Virus genome (UHGV): UHGV-0383422
DNA from: a virus
Reading direction: 5' to 3' (one strand)
Length of the DNA stretch: 40,660 bases
Under the pieces are notes generated by a model. It made no database searches. It was not told the origin of the DNA and was given only the letters and a program-made list of their open reading frames with translations. Numbering within the stretch: the stretch's first letter is position 1; every line of letters begins with the position of its first letter. The position numbers were made by a program, and so were the translations under genes. Below, piece after piece: positions 27,333-35,571 of this stretch.

Positions 27333-27406
27333 AAACAGACAGCCTATGAGCTGGCTTTGTTTTATCCTCACCAGAGGATATCAACGACATTATCCCCACC
27401 AGCGGA

Positions 27407-28882
27407 TTAAGCATAGGGATCGTAATCTGTGATGGCCTTGCCTTGCTGGTTCTGCTGACCGGGAATTCGCAGACGCTTCGACACAGGGAACGCAAACGTC
27501 AGCAGTAGCGCATCGCCTTTACCAGGAGAACGCCCAAGTCGCTCTTTGATATCTTCCTTCGGTTCGATAACGATTTTACCGTCCACTCGAACTTTGTACT
27601 CTGCTGCCGACAGGTCGTCCGCTGTTTCCTGGTCATCCAGCATGCCGCCCAGCCTCAGCCATGTCTTGCATGAATTGAACATCTCCCCACGCTTGTTGAG
27701 CATCTGCGGGTCAGTAGACGCGCCACCGAACGGAACAAGTTGCCATGTACGACCCCATCCGTCACCGATTGACTTCAGACCGGTTCCGTAACCGAAGTCG
27801 ATGAACACCGCGTCAGCCTGATACTGGTCTTCAAAGTCAGCGATACGCTTCGCCATAATCAGATCGTCGGTAGTCTTGTTGCCAGTCCACAGCACCTTAC
27901 TGTGTAGCCCCTGCCGCAGGTATATCACCGCGTCATCAACGCCTGAATATGCCGGGTCAACACCGATTATCACCGGAGCATGCGCCACCTGCGCAGCGGT
28001 TACCACCCGTTTCATTGCCTCATCAGTAAGACCGGTAGGGATAAACTGCAATTCAGATGCATCAGGGAATATGCCGCGCACACGGATTTTAACGAAGTCG
28101 CTGTCTTCCCCGTAGTCATCAACCCATTTCTGCAACTGCTGTTTGTTAGTGCCTTCCACCGTTCGGCTGTCAATCTGCGCAGTTTTCCAGCGGTGTTTAT
28201 ATTTGCGGAAACATTCGCGGAAACGTCCGGTATTACGCGTCGGGTTTCCGAACGCCACCCAGATAATCTCAGTGTCTTCGTCCGTTAGTGCACCCTCGGC
28301 AACTTCCCACACCAGATCCGCAATGTTCGACGCTTCATCGAATACCACGATGATGCGTTTGCGCTCGTTGTGTAGTCCGGCGAATGCCTCAGTGTTGTGC
28401 TCAGACCAGGGGATTGCGTCAGCTCGCCACCGCTTGTCGTGTCCAGGATCATTGCTGTACATCGCGGTAGCGGTACAGGTAAACCAGTCTTTCGTGATAG
28501 CAAGGTTCGACCACTTGATAATTTCCGGCCAGGTCTTCGTTCGTAGCTGGTTGTCGGTGTTGGCGGTCACCACGACCTTACAATCCTCGCAAGTGGACAT
28601 GCCCCAGTTGATCAGCATTGAGATGAATGCGGATTTACCAATACCGTGACCCGAAGCACGTGCCAGCATAAGCGGCTGATAGCGCGTCTCTGGATTCTGC
28701 AGGTGATCACGTATCTCTCGGAACGCATCAGCCTGCCACTGACGTGGGCCGGTAGCATGTGCCAGTTCAGTCCCCTCTTCCCCCCACGGGAACGCATAGA
28801 GGGCATAGCCAAGCGGATCGTGAGTGAACCCTGCAATATCCTCGATCAACTGCTCTTCAGGAGATAACGCTGTATCTGTCAC
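27407..28882 (-). CDS. terminase large subunit
   Basis: 491 aa; Walker A-like ASGHGIGKS; acidic nuclease-region motifs; coupled to small subunit. Confidence 0.85.
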   Translation of the reverse strand: MTDTALSPEEQLIEDIAGFTHDPLGYALYAFPWGEEGTELAHATGPRQWQADAFREIRDHLQNPETRYQPLMLARASGHGIGKSAFISMLINWGMSTCEDCKVVVTANTDNQLRTKTWPEIIKWSNLAITKDWFTCTATAMYSNDPGHDKRWRADAIPWSEHNTEAFAGLHNERKRIIVVFDEASNIADLVWEVAEGALTDEDTEIIWVAFGNPTRNTGRFRECFRKYKHRWKTAQIDSRTVEGTNKQQLQKWVDDYGEDSDFVKIRVRGIFPDASELQFIPTGLTDEAMKRVVTAAQVAHAPVIIGVDPAYSGVDDAVIYLRQGLHSKVLWTGNKTTDDLIMAKRIADFEDQYQADAVFIDFGYGTGLKSIGDGWGRTWQLVPFGGASTDPQMLNKRGEMFNSCKTWLRLGGMLDDQETADDLSAAEYKVRVDGKIVIEPKEDIKERLGRSPGKGDALLLTFAFPVSKRLRIPGQQNQQGKAITDYDPYA

Positions 28883-29553
28883 TGATTACCATCCTGACGT
28901 TCTTTGAGTCGCTTCCTGGCTGCTGCTATGCGATCAGCAATTGTCACATTCACATTAACATCCAGACGTTCTTTGAACGCGTTGACATCAACATGCTTAC
29001 CAATCAGCTCAAGGTTCTTCACCTTGTCAGGCCATTTAATTTTTTTGAGGATTGTCTCTATCGAATCCTCGTTCATGTTCATGATGGTCGATGACAGATC
29101 AAAGCCACTAAGCGTAGTGCGCCAGATTTTCGGCCACTCACGGATTGGTTTAAGGCTCCCATCGTCGTTGAGGATGTCGATCACGTCCATCTGGTCGATC
29201 TCCACCAGGCGCATGAGAACGTAATCAGCACTGACGCGCATTCGTTTGTTGCGCTCCTCCATCAACTCGGCAATCCGTTTTTGAATGCGTTCATCGCGCA
29301 TCATGACACTGGCTTTAACTGCCGCTGTATTTGGGGAGAATCCTGCGTTAATCGCTGCCTGAGTCTGGTTTTCAGGCGTTTTGATGTATGACTGGCAATA
29401 AGCCTCCTGCATTGCTGTTAGTGGCTTAAATTGCGTTGATTTGCGTTTATAGGTTTTAGGTTCAGCAGGCATCATAACCACCGTGGTAATAGTTACCGTT
29501 GTGGTAATAGTACCATGCAAAATAAAGCCGCCATAGTTGGCGGCAGTATTCAA
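28879..29553 (-). CDS. terminase small subunit
   Basis: 224 aa; N-terminal HTH-like region (AMQEAYCQSYIKTPENQTQAAINAGFSPNTAAVKA); likelier start may be the internal MM at 29475, as the listed N-terminus is encoded by a direct-repeat region. Confidence 0.8.
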   Translation of the reverse strand: MNTAANYGGFILHGTITTTVTITTVVMMPAEPKTYKRKSTQFKPLTAMQEAYCQSYIKTPENQTQAAINAGFSPNTAAVKASVMMRDERIQKRIAELMEERNKRMRVSADYVLMRLVEIDQMDVIDILNDDGSLKPIREWPKIWRTTLSGFDLSSTIMNMNEDSIETILKKIKWPDKVKNLELIGKHVDVNAFKERLDVNVNVTIADRIAAARKRLKERQDGNQ

Positions 29554-29585
29554 AACCCATCAAATTCATCATGCATAATCTACTC

Positions 29586-29597
29586 GTGACATGTCAC
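29586..29597. repeat. 12-bp perfect palindrome GTGACATGTCAC (copy 3 of 3)
   Basis: Exact palindrome between the upstream gene stop and the small-terminase start region. Confidence 0.6.
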
Positions 29598-29941
29598 ACT
29601 ATTAATTTCGTTTCATGCCAGCCTTTAGTCACCCAGCATTGCGAGTCACCATTACACGGGCATGAATTAACTGGAACTCTCTCGCCGCACTTACCGCAAC
29701 ATTTTCTGCTGATCGATTTTATACGCCCGCGCACGCGTGCATCATCCTGGCGGATCAGTAACGCGATGTACTCGGCCATTTCATAGGGATCGCGACCAGG
29801 GCGCCGGGCGGCGCAGTTCCGCGCCAGCATTTCCTGCTCCTGCTTATCCAGCACCAGTTCAATTTTGCGCTCACCGGCGGCGGACTGCCGAGCGCGCTGC
29901 GCGGCTTTGCGTTCTGCGGGGGATTTAGCCACGAATCGCAC
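29594..29941 (-). CDS. hypothetical protein with Cys-rich C-terminus (start uncertain)
   Basis: Listed ORF starts at GTG; internal ATG (MLARN...) has AGGAG Shine-Dalgarno; C-terminus CCGKCGERVPVNSCPCNGDSQCW; GC-rich segment. Confidence 0.4.
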   Translation of the reverse strand: MRFVAKSPAERKAAQRARQSAAGERKIELVLDKQEQEMLARNCAARRPGRDPYEMAEYIALLIRQDDARVRGRIKSISRKCCGKCGERVPVNSCPCNGDSQCWVTKGWHETKLIV

Positions 29942-30047
29942 TCCACGCCAGATTGATTAATGACTCCCAGGTAATATAAACCCGGATACCAGCAGCCAGG
30001 CCGAAACCAATCACCATGGCATAAAGCAGAGCGTTGCACTTGTTCAT
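29925..30047 (-). CDS. small membrane peptide (40 aa)
   Basis: MNKCNALLYAMVIGFGLAAGIRVYITWESLINLAWSAIRG; AGGAGGTGA Shine-Dalgarno; ATG overlaps upstream stop. Confidence 0.45.
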   Translation of the reverse strand: MNKCNALLYAMVIGFGLAAGIRVYITWESLINLAWSAIRG

Positions 30048-30829
30048 CACTTCACCTCCTGCGGCGGTTCTGGTAGCGGCATCCAGAACAAGGCGTTCCC
30101 TAACCACGATAAAGTGCCGTCGCTCAACTCCACGTATTCCCCTTGTACCTGTCCTGCCATATACTCGCCGTGCTTTGAATAAATTAAAATCCAATCATCT
30201 TGAGGGGGCATTCGCTCACTACAGCTTATCCAACCATCCGGAGTCACCGGAAGCGAGAACGGCAGCACATCTCTGTGAACAAGTTTTTGCTGTGACAGGT
30301 TATCCAGAACTTTCTGTACTGCTGCATCACCGAATACACCAAGCGCATCTGCCATAACTCCTACAACCTGATAAGCCTCAGCGCATACCGTGGATAAACC
30401 ATCCGGAATTACCGGAGAGTTGCCGGGTTCTTTAATGTGCAAGCGAGGCTCACCATCTTTTGGCTCAGGCCACTGGCGCTCCATGTTGATCTTCAATTTA
30501 TCTTCCATAGCAACGGTAATTTCAGCATCGCTGATGCCAGCACGGCGCTGTGCATCCCACAACAGAAACTGCATATCAGCCCACTCGCTAAGATCGTCTG
30601 GTTCGGCTGCGGCTTCCAGTGCCTCTTTTGAGAGGTGTTTCAGTGGACCAATGGGGCCAACGCAGCCAAATGTGGAGTCAGACCATTTGGCATGCTCGTG
30701 GCGAATCTGTTCGCGTTCCAGTGATGCCAGTGCAATTCGTGCTAGTTCCATTTGTTCGCCACGAGTAAGCCCGTTTTCAAGCGGATTTTTAATGAACAAT
30801 TCAATACGTTCTTTGGTAATAGTGGTCAT
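30047..30829 (-). CDS. hypothetical protein (nin-region type)
   Basis: 260 aa; early-operon position; no motif recognised with confidence. Confidence 0.5.
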   Translation of the reverse strand: MTTITKERIELFIKNPLENGLTRGEQMELARIALASLEREQIRHEHAKWSDSTFGCVGPIGPLKHLSKEALEAAAEPDDLSEWADMQFLLWDAQRRAGISDAEITVAMEDKLKINMERQWPEPKDGEPRLHIKEPGNSPVIPDGLSTVCAEAYQVVGVMADALGVFGDAAVQKVLDNLSQQKLVHRDVLPFSLPVTPDGWISCSERMPPQDDWILIYSKHGEYMAGQVQGEYVELSDGTLSWLGNALFWMPLPEPPQEVK

Positions 30830-30839
30830 GTGTTACTCC

Positions 30840-31103
30840 TTAACCCGCAGTGCTTTCAACTGATGAGGGGAACAAAATCTTTTCATCAAACCCTGCATTC
30901 ATATCATTGACAGCAACACACCAATCCATTGACGAACGATTATCAAGAGCCTCCATGATTTCATCCATGCGGCGCAGGTCATACAGGTAAATGCTTTTAT
31001 CGCCAATGGTGTAAAAACCAATTTTTTTCGGTGATGGGCAGCGATCAAGAACGTCCTGTAATTCGCTCAACCATGCTTGTTCTTTTTTTGTCAAAGTTGC
31101 CAT
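30840..31103 (-). CDS. hypothetical protein
   Basis: 87 aa; start lies directly after the conserved junction repeat. Confidence 0.5.
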   Translation of the reverse strand: MATLTKKEQAWLSELQDVLDRCPSPKKIGFYTIGDKSIYLYDLRRMDEIMEALDNRSSMDWCVAVNDMNAGFDEKILFPSSVESTAG

Positions 31104-31104
31104 A

Positions 31105-31596
31105 TCACTCTCCTTTGATGCGAATGCCAGTGGTACTCATTCTCCTGATTTCCCAGAGCACACGAGGAACACCACCGTTTCCGACCGGATCGCGTTTACT
31201 CCGCAGGGCGACGCTTGATTCCGCCCAGCTTTTTCTTGGAGGAAGCTCTTTCACACGAACAAAACCAGCTGCGCGGAGAGATGCTCCTGATTCATCTGCC
31301 TGGGTGTACGTAATACAACGTTGATAACCCATAGCCTTTGCTGCCCGCCAGACAGCACCATAAAGCGCGCTGTTAGCGTTGCGTTCTCCTGTGGTACATG
31401 TGCGATTTACTTCAAGCGTTAATCCATCGTCCAAATGTCGTGCAACAGGTCTACCGGCTGTCGCCACACCTATCAATTCTCCGGCATCATTTCTCAGACC
31501 AATGCTGAATTTATGCCCCACCGGGGGTTTATTGTGTCGGTGATGTCTGGATATAAACGCCTTCGCAACACGAAGAGTAACCGGTGAAATTTGCAT
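31105..31596 (-). CDS. hypothetical protein with His/Arg-rich N-terminus; ends GIRIKGE
   Basis: Start set at ATG 31596 with GGAGAG Shine-Dalgarno (listed ORF begins at GTG); C-terminal heptapeptide shared with the upstream gene. Confidence 0.5.
   Translation of the reverse strand: MQISPVTLRVAKAFISRHHRHNKPPVGHKFSIGLRNDAGELIGVATAGRPVARHLDDGLTLEVNRTCTTGERNANSALYGAVWRAAKAMGYQRCITYTQADESGASLRAAGFVRVKELPPRKSWAESSVALRSKRDPVGNGGVPRVLWEIRRMSTTGIRIKGE
31106..31130. repeat. 25-bp direct repeat (junction copy 1) CACTCTCCTTTGATGCGAATGCCAG
   Basis: Identical 25-mer at 31600-31624; encodes C-terminal GIRIKGE plus stop plus Shine-Dalgarno of next gene. Confidence 0.7.
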
Positions 31597-31598
31597 TC

Positions 31599-32285
31599 TC
31601 ACTCTCCTTTGATGCGAATGCCAGCGGCACGGGAATCATTCCATCGCTTTACTTCTTCACGAATTACGTCAATGCATTCTTTCGAATCCATTAGGTAATC
31701 TTCATCAAAAAGCCTTTCCTGTTCGTTTTCTATCGCAACAATGATTGCTTCAACTAACTTTTGTGCCTGAGAACCACTTTCTAACTCTGCAATGCGCTTC
31801 TCTGCGGCTTCCAGCTTCTCGCGCATATCGTCAACGTACTCGACCAGAGATCCGCCAGCAGGAATTTCGCACTCCTCGACCAGTTGGAAGTAGATATCAG
31901 CTGCGGCCCGTGTGTTGCTATGCCTAGCGTCGCCCATCTCACCTTCACGAAGAGCATCGCGTTCGGCGGTAAGATTGGCTATTTTGCTGTCTTTGCCTTC
32001 CAGCTCAACGCGAAGCCTCCCAACCGTAAGCGCAATATCCTCGTTCTCCTGGTCGCGGCGTTTGATGTATTGCAGGTTTCTTTCCCGTTCATCCAGCAGC
32101 GTCAGCACGGTTTCTGGTCCGGTCAGAAATTTGAAGGCGTTGAGCGCATCAATATCCACACCATAATCTTTAAGTTCCTGTTCACTTAACAAATCATCAT
32201 CAGCTGGCAACATTAACAGGCGTTCCATTGCTGGAATTGCACGTTCTGCCGCCTCACGCAGTGCCTGATAGTTAATTTTGGTCAT
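31599..32285 (-). CDS. Ea22-like early protein
   Basis: 228 aa, acidic coiled-coil-like; C-terminal GIRIKGE; prophage early-region position. Confidence 0.55.
   Translation of the reverse strand: MTKINYQALREAAERAIPAMERLLMLPADDDLLSEQELKDYGVDIDALNAFKFLTGPETVLTLLDERERNLQYIKRRDQENEDIALTVGRLRVELEGKDSKIANLTAERDALREGEMGDARHSNTRAAADIYFQLVEECEIPAGGSLVEYVDDMREKLEAAEKRIAELESGSQAQKLVEAIIVAIENEQERLFDEDYLMDSKECIDVIREEVKRWNDSRAAGIRIKGE
31600..31624. repeat. 25-bp direct repeat (junction copy 2)
   Basis: Identical to 31106-31130. Confidence 0.7.
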
Positions 32286-32286
32286 A

Positions 32287-32586
32287 TCACATCACCCTGA
32301 AGCCGTTGCATTTACGTAAAAAATCGCAGATATAGCCCTTCATTTTTTCGTGCCAATCTCGATCATTCCCATTGCACCAACCATCAGGTGGAGTCCAGTT
32401 TTCTATCAGAGCAGCCATTTTCTTTGCTTTCGCCGGAGTAGCTGTTGCGGTATCGCAGTAATGACGAGTGTCAACCAACGTATCCATACCATCGATATCA
32501 AGTACGCAAAACCATGTGTGATTCGGCATTTCAACAGATGGTATTTGTTGCCCGCGTCGACGTTTATCAATAAGACATACAGTCAC
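32287..32586 (-). CDS. hypothetical protein
   Basis: 99 aa; coupled in early operon. Confidence 0.45.
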   Translation of the reverse strand: MTVCLIDKRRRGQQIPSVEMPNHTWFCVLDIDGMDTLVDTRHYCDTATATPAKAKKMAALIENWTPPDGWCNGNDRDWHEKMKGYICDFLRKCNGFRVM

Positions 32587-33188
32587 TGGTTGCCTCCTTT
32601 GCGAAGCTGGGCAGCAAAGTCAACTAACCACTCAGTCATTTCAACCTTCCCTACCAGGTCTGAACCAGGGTGCATACAGCAATCACTCTGCGCCGCTTTG
32701 AAATCCTTATACTCATATTCTTGGGCCACCAGATTTTTTGCAGCTTCTATAGCAGCATCCACCCCCTGCGCCCGAACTTCAGCCAGGAAAGCGTCGGTGG
32801 CTTGGGTTTCGATATCGTTAATTTCAGGAAGAATCTCTTCCCATGTAGCGATATCGCCATTCAAATGCCATCCGGCAATTCCACTGGAGTTATCCGCAAC
32901 ACTGCGAACGGCTTCAATAGTTTCATGCATTGCCGCATTCTCCGCTGCCAGCGCCGAAAACTTCTCGTGTGCCAACTTAACAGCCGCATCAGCCTGCTTA
33001 ATTGACTCAATCGCTTTCTGCTGGTCTTCGGCCAGCGCATTAGCACGCACCAGTTGCACTTCCAGTTGCGTTGCCAAATCGCTGATCAGCTTTGCCACAC
33101 TGCGCATATCAACGGCACCACATTCTGCTTTCAGTTCCGAAGCCATCTCATGCCCGGCGGCAACTAACCCTTTGATATTACTTTCCAT
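32583..33188 (-). CDS. hypothetical protein
   Basis: 201 aa, acidic/Ala-rich; early operon. Confidence 0.5.
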   Translation of the reverse strand: MESNIKGLVAAGHEMASELKAECGAVDMRSVAKLISDLATQLEVQLVRANALAEDQQKAIESIKQADAAVKLAHEKFSALAAENAAMHETIEAVRSVADNSSGIAGWHLNGDIATWEEILPEINDIETQATDAFLAEVRAQGVDAAIEAAKNLVAQEYEYKDFKAAQSDCCMHPGSDLVGKVEMTEWLVDFAAQLRKGGNQ

Positions 33189-33249
33189 CTTTACCCTCGC
33201 TTATCCACATAACTTATTGATTACATTGATAACTAAAAAGATCGTCGAT

Positions 33250-33594
33250 TCAGAACTCTTCGATGTTCCAGCCACCACCTGCTTTCTTTGGTTTAACCGT
33301 TACCCCGATGATTCGGAACGGATACTGATCTGCGGCGACTTTGGTTTTCACCCTGGCGTCGTCGGTCCAGAAACCTTTCACTTCGTGCAGTTCCATCTCT
33401 CCGGTGGCGAGCATCACAGCGAAATCGGGCGTATAGAACGTGTTGTCAGCTAACCGCAGCTTGATACCCTCGAATCGATACCAGGCGATTTCCCCTGCAC
33501 GTTTACGCTGCTCAAGGTGCTGGCAATACGCAGATTCTGTTTTGTTCATCTGGCCTGTTTTGAGTCGACCAAGAGCCTGTATCTGTTTTCTCAT
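33250..33594 (-). CDS. hypothetical protein (possible small nuclease-like nin-region protein)
   Basis: 114 aa; start codon two nt from an operator-like palindrome that supplies its GAGGT Shine-Dalgarno. Confidence 0.5.
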   Translation of the reverse strand: MRKQIQALGRLKTGQMNKTESAYCQHLEQRKRAGEIAWYRFEGIKLRLADNTFYTPDFAVMLATGEMELHEVKGFWTDDARVKTKVAADQYPFRIIGVTVKPKKAGGGWNIEEF

Positions 33595-33596
33595 GA

Positions 33597-33613
33597 TTTA
33601 CCTCTAAGGTAAT
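33597..33613. promoter_or_regulatory. operator-like palindrome TTTACCT-CTA-AGGTAAT
   Basis: Dispersed motif family; overlaps the ribosome-binding region of 33250-33594. Confidence 0.45.
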
Positions 33614-33658
33614 TAAAAACCATATAAGACACGAAATCAATAGAGTTTAGAATATTTT

Positions 33659-33675
33659 GTTACCTTGTAGGTAAT
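33659..33675. promoter_or_regulatory. operator-like palindrome GTTACCT-TGT-AGGTAAT
   Basis: Second copy 62 bp from the previous one, between replication and nin-like modules. Confidence 0.45.
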
Positions 33676-33711
33676 TGTTGAGGCGTAAAAAAATGCGCTA
33701 TCGCGCTGGTA

Positions 33712-34488
33712 TTACTTGATAAATCCTGCCGCCTTTCCCCGCCTGTATTCCTCCATCAGCCACTGCGCCGGTGTTATTCCCCCAAGGGTGGCGGCGTTAG
33801 GCATGCACCCGAAACTTCGCCCTGGTGGATGGTAAACGTCTCTCCCTGTGTCCGGAGGTGTACTCATGGGCTCTGGCTTTGCCTGTATGCTGATCACCGG
33901 ATCGGGTATCTGCTGTCCGGAAGCCACCTTTTTCGCCCAATCATCGAGCAGCCTGCGCGCGTGTTTCTCAACCTCACTCTCGCTAAGCTGGCGCTGATAC
34001 ATTGCACGACGGGTATCACATACGACCCAGTACATAACCGGATGCCGCCACGGGAATCTTTCGGGACCACCAGGATATAAACTTTTTTCCTTGCTGTACC
34101 GGTGAAACTCCGCCATCACATCGTCAATGGTGACGCCAAGAACCATCTTGCTGTCTTTGCACCACTTGATGAATTGCCCTGGCGACGGCCAGAACGGAGA
34201 TTCACTGGCGCGGGCGTGGCGCATACCAGCGTTAACCTGTTCCATTGTAGTGATCCCATTCTCCAGAAACGCAAGCATCCATTGCTTACGGAATTCATTA
34301 AGTTTGTTCTGCTCCCTTATGGTCGAAACGCTTGCAGGAAATGCAGCCTGTAACTGGACAAATAGTTCATTGAAAATTCTAGCAACCTGCTCCTTTTTGC
34401 CATTGCTGTCACGCCGCTCTTCATGCACAGCAACACCATGCTCACGTAAGCGATCGTACTCATTGAGAAGTTCTGGAGTTGATTTCAT
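33712..34488 (-). CDS. replication protein (P-like helicase-loader candidate)
   Basis: 258 aa, downstream of and overlapping the initiator-like gene; no Walker A; assignment by position. Confidence 0.5.
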   Translation of the reverse strand: MKSTPELLNEYDRLREHGVAVHEERRDSNGKKEQVARIFNELFVQLQAAFPASVSTIREQNKLNEFRKQWMLAFLENGITTMEQVNAGMRHARASESPFWPSPGQFIKWCKDSKMVLGVTIDDVMAEFHRYSKEKSLYPGGPERFPWRHPVMYWVVCDTRRAMYQRQLSESEVEKHARRLLDDWAKKVASGQQIPDPVISIQAKPEPMSTPPDTGRDVYHPPGRSFGCMPNAATLGGITPAQWLMEEYRRGKAAGFIK

Positions 34489-35302
34489 CCCACACCCCTT
34501 CTATCCAGTCAGTGTTATTCCAGTCAAGCTCATCGCTTTTCCCGGCATTTTTTGATTTTCCCCTGATATGATTTACGTGCCTGGCGAATTTTTGTTCCCA
34601 CTGAACCTGCGTGAACACTTTGCCCTCAGCCATCCAGTAATCCCGGAATGCAGCAAGTTCAGCAGGTGTAAATTCCGGTTCCGGCAGGGCCGTTCCCCAC
34701 AGCGCAGCACGCCGCCGAAAATCTGGCGACGGTAGCCAGCCATCTGTCATCGGAAATTTCCCGATGGGTTCACTCAGGCCATCCAGAAATTCAGGTTCTG
34801 CCACCTGCAACGGCGTACTGTTCGCTTCACTGGTCGGAGCACCCTCGCGCACGTGCGCTATGTGTGGGGTTTTATATATATCTTCCTCTTCCTCTGGTAA
34901 CTCCTTTTGTAACGCTGTTGGCGTTACTTTTTGCGTTACTCGTTTTCTATGCTCTGCCACTCTTCTATTCGTAAGTGCACGTTTTTTCGATGATTCTCCA
35001 TTATGTCGCTCAAAGTTTGGAAGAATTAGTTTGCCGTCATGATAAGCAAGCCATCCGACGCTAATGAGGGCGTCAGCAAATCCTGTAATAAAAGCGAGTC
35101 TATCAAGTACTCCTTTTGTAACGCTGCCAGCGTTACCGTCTATTGTTTGCTGGTCAGCCCATGCCCATATACGAACCAGCTTTCCAAGAACAGCATCTGG
35201 ATCAATACCCAGAATTTCTGCTATCTGAAAAATTTCAGGTTTATCAGGAGTGATAACTTCAACCTTAATCCAGCTGCTTGCCATAGGTTTCCCCTCTTGC
35301 AC
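34460..35302 (-). CDS. replication initiator / replisome organizer (O-like) with DnaT-like C-terminal region
   Basis: 280 aa; contains internal iteron-like repeats in different reading frames plus an AT-rich tract. Confidence 0.6.
   Translation of the reverse strand: MQEGKPMASSWIKVEVITPDKPEIFQIAEILGIDPDAVLGKLVRIWAWADQQTIDGNAGSVTKGVLDRLAFITGFADALISVGWLAYHDGKLILPNFERHNGESSKKRALTNRRVAEHRKRVTQKVTPTALQKELPEEEEDIYKTPHIAHVREGAPTSEANSTPLQVAEPEFLDGLSEPIGKFPMTDGWLPSPDFRRRAALWGTALPEPEFTPAELAAFRDYWMAEGKVFTQVQWEQKFARHVNHIRGKSKNAGKSDELDWNNTDWIEGVWDEINSRTSQ
34895..35138. repeat. candidate origin: iteron-like repeats (GTAACGC/GCGTTAC) and AT-rich tract inside the initiator gene
   Basis: 26-bp repeat TCCTTTTGTAACGCTG..GCGTTAC at 34901-34926 and 35111-35136, each an inverted repeat; extra GCGTTAC at 34932-34938; TTTTATATATAT at 34870-34881. 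Confidence 0.5.
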
Positions 35303-35477
35303 TCTTTAGTGCACAAGCAAATTCATTACGATGGCGGTTGGCGCTATTCATTGCACATTCAACACATGTTCCGTTCAGAACATACCTTTCAGAGAGATGG
35401 CCGTGACGGCACCGCTTTCCTGTGAAATAGCGATTTAACCCGGCTTTTGCGGCCTCCATTCTGGTTACTATCTTCAA
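35265..35477 (-). CDS. hypothetical small Cys/His-containing protein
   Basis: 70 aa; CRHGH...CVEC...C pattern suggests metal binding; between cro-like and replication genes. Confidence 0.45.
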   Translation of the reverse strand: MKIVTRMEAAKAGLNRYFTGKRCRHGHLSERYVLNGTCVECAMNSANRHRNEFACALKSARGETYGKQLD

Positions 35478-35571
35478 TTTTTCCGCCCCTTTTTGTTATT
35501 GATATTGGCTATTTTGCACAATTGGAAAATTTGATCAACCAGATTTGGTTTTTTATTACCCTTAAGGTGCG

